From Harriotta raleighana (Eukaryota), in assembly GCA_050575255.1 (NCBI GenBank), contig JBNZDD010013721.1, forward strand, positions 9,761,372-9,825,371: DNA of 64,000 nucleotides, written 5' to 3'. Made by a program: the position numbers and the translations under genes. Position 1 is the stretch's first letter. The number at the start of each line of letters is the position of its first letter. Of this stretch, positions 62,353 to 64,000 are shown in pieces. The notes beneath the pieces are model-generated. The model had not been told where the DNA came from and made no database searches. It worked only from the letters and a program-made list of their open reading frames with translations.

Positions 62353-62413
62353 TATTATTTATTTAGAAGCGCTTTCGAGTCAAGTTTGGAATTTGTTTGT
62401 CTACTGTCTTCAG

Positions 62414-62522
62414 ACGACAGGATGTGATTATTCTGAAGAGCGGACACGCCGTGAAATTCGAATGCAAGTCACACAAAGTGAAAAATTACAACAAGAGGAA
62501 GATTGGGAAAAGATTCTTGTAG
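62414..62522 (+). CDS. Candidate coding exon of an unidentified host gene, probably terminal (xRQDVIILKSGHAVKFECKSHKVKNYNKRKIGKRFL*)
   Basis: Acceptor tttgtttgtctactgtcttcAG at 62413; purine-rich, CpG-retaining, non-repeat; G/C-rich third positions in this frame; TAG at 62520-62522; AATAAA at 62986-62991. An alternative frame (TTGCDYSEER...ILVEK) runs to a weak donor at 62528. Confidence 0.45.
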
Positions 62523-63194
62523 AAAAGGTGGATATGTATCTACGGGAGTAAAAGACGACCTCACATTTGGCATGTGCAATTACCACAATAGAAAAAAGCC
62601 TTCGGAATCTGTCAATAGTTCCCTCTAACTGAGAGAATACCAAGTTACATTAACTCCAGGGCAGACACAATCTCTCCTACTGTTTGTTTCATTAACCTGC
62701 ATCTATGTCAGTTTTCAATGCTTCCCAGATGAATAAGACTGGCAATGCCCCCACCCCCCCCCCCCCCCCTCCACACTCTCCGCTCCCACGAAGTAAAGTC
62801 TCTCTGTGAGACTTTTAACTCAGACCAATATTCTCCCATCATAATGGGGAAAAAAAAGTTTCTTCTAGTCGTCTTCAGTTTGCTGCCTTTTTCACTTCGC
62901 TTTGGTTCAGAAACTTTTAAATCTGCCCATATTTAGATGTTGTTGTATGAACAGAAGGCTAAAAACCAAACAATTCATTTCCTATAATAAATGGTTTGGC
63001 TATCTCTGCTGGCTTTGGATTAAAAATGAATCAATTATGTTAACAGGATTCATATGCTAAACAACAAATACCTCCAGCCACTTCAAGGTCAAGAGATATC
63101 TCCAGTTGAATCTTTGACGCAGTTTAATAGTTTACACGTTTTTGAGTTTAGTAATAATATTTCAGAACTCTCCATTCATTGCAGCCATTCCACA

Positions 63195-63378
63195 AATTCA
63201 ACTGTAGAAAGTTAGCTCTCATCTGGGACTTGAGGTCTGACAGACATTTTGTCGGGATAGCAGTGGTCCTGAAATCAAGGGTGGAGGCAAAAAGTTGGTT
63301 GTCATCCGCTTATATATGGAAGTTGATCCCATGTCTGCGGATGATATCACCAATGAGGAGCTTGTAGATGTTGAGAAG
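63195..63378 (-). mobile_element. L2 LINE reverse transcriptase fragment
   Basis: Minus strand IYKLLIGDIIRRHGINFHI*ADDNQLF...CLSDLKSQMRANFLQLN, a decayed YADD region of L2 RT. Confidence 0.88.
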
Positions 63379-64000
63379 TGGGATTGCAATATGTATTTAT
63401 GTACGTATATATATATATAAACAGCATATGTATTACAATTCCACTTTGATGTCTGAACCATTTTTTTTTTTAGCTGCGTTGAACGTTTTTTGAATCTCTC
63501 TCTGTCCAGCCATCACACTAATATATAATATTCATGTGGGATTTACCTAATTAAAAGAACTAACCTTTTTTCATTTCTTTGTTATTCCTAGGCAAGCATC
63601 TAGCTCGAAGCAGGGCAATTATCTATTCCTCTATTTGATTATTGTATTTCTGAGCACAATTTTCTCTTCCCTTTTCCCCCCCACGAGTCCTTCTTTTGGA
63701 ACTGTGCCCAAGTCATCTTATAGCCTGTTCAAGTGATCCAAACGATTGCTCATTCATTATTCAATACCACTCCCGGGATGTAAGTCTACTGAACCTCTGG
63801 TTTGCAAGTGTTTTTTTTTTGCAAGTTTCTGTTTTTGAAATGGATCAGAGATTTGTAAACTGAGCCTCCTTTTATGTCTCAGTGGTTAAATAGACTCCAT
63901 GCATGAAGGGCAGAATATAAATGCAAATTGCTGTTGTTGTAGACTGAATGATGAACTGCCCAGGAAGCTATTCGCAGCCAAAATAGATTTAACTCGGGCT

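Noticed and set aside
62433-62475. Hammerhead-like CTGAAGA-GCGG(acacg)CCGT-GAAA inside the candidate exon
   Set aside because: Stem II forms, but the palindromic ATTCGAAT would put G at the cleavage position, and the alternative GTC site has no adjacent stem I; likely chance
557-63461. Remaining 60-140 aa ORFs in the supplied track
   Set aside because: No recognisable domains; many start at non-ATG codons or lie within SINEs; consistent with random ORFs in non-coding DNA
63560-63740. Strong pyrimidine tract and AG at 63591 as a further exon
   Set aside because: The frame continuing from the 62527 donor stops after three codons and no convincing donor follows

Overview
Vertebrate genomic DNA, AT-rich and almost entirely non-coding. 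The repeat inventory (CR1/L3 and L2 LINE fragments, Deu-domain SINEs, a young tRNA-headed SINE with an L2-type tail, a Penelope-type palindromic relic) suggests a cartilaginous fish, probably a chimaera; this is inferred from remembered repeat consensus sequences. The only clearly recognisable protein-coding sequence is retrotransposon ORF2 (CR1 at 12.6-13.6 kb; L2 pieces). One plausible host exon lies at 62414 (+), probably terminal and of an unidentified gene, so the window reads as a giant intron or gene desert. It contains several repeat-free blocks that look like conserved non-coding elements, with RFX, CTCF, E-box and Forkhead motif clusters. About a dozen single-'n' joins flank near-identical duplicated sequence and look like uncollapsed haplotypes. 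The best leads are a 24-bp hairpin that appears haplotype-specific (27275-27348), a second template-switch-type hairpin (37975), a mosaic SINE with two length classes, a decayed hammerhead ribozyme core and the RFX/CTCF cluster. I found no evidence for a new multi-gene system.
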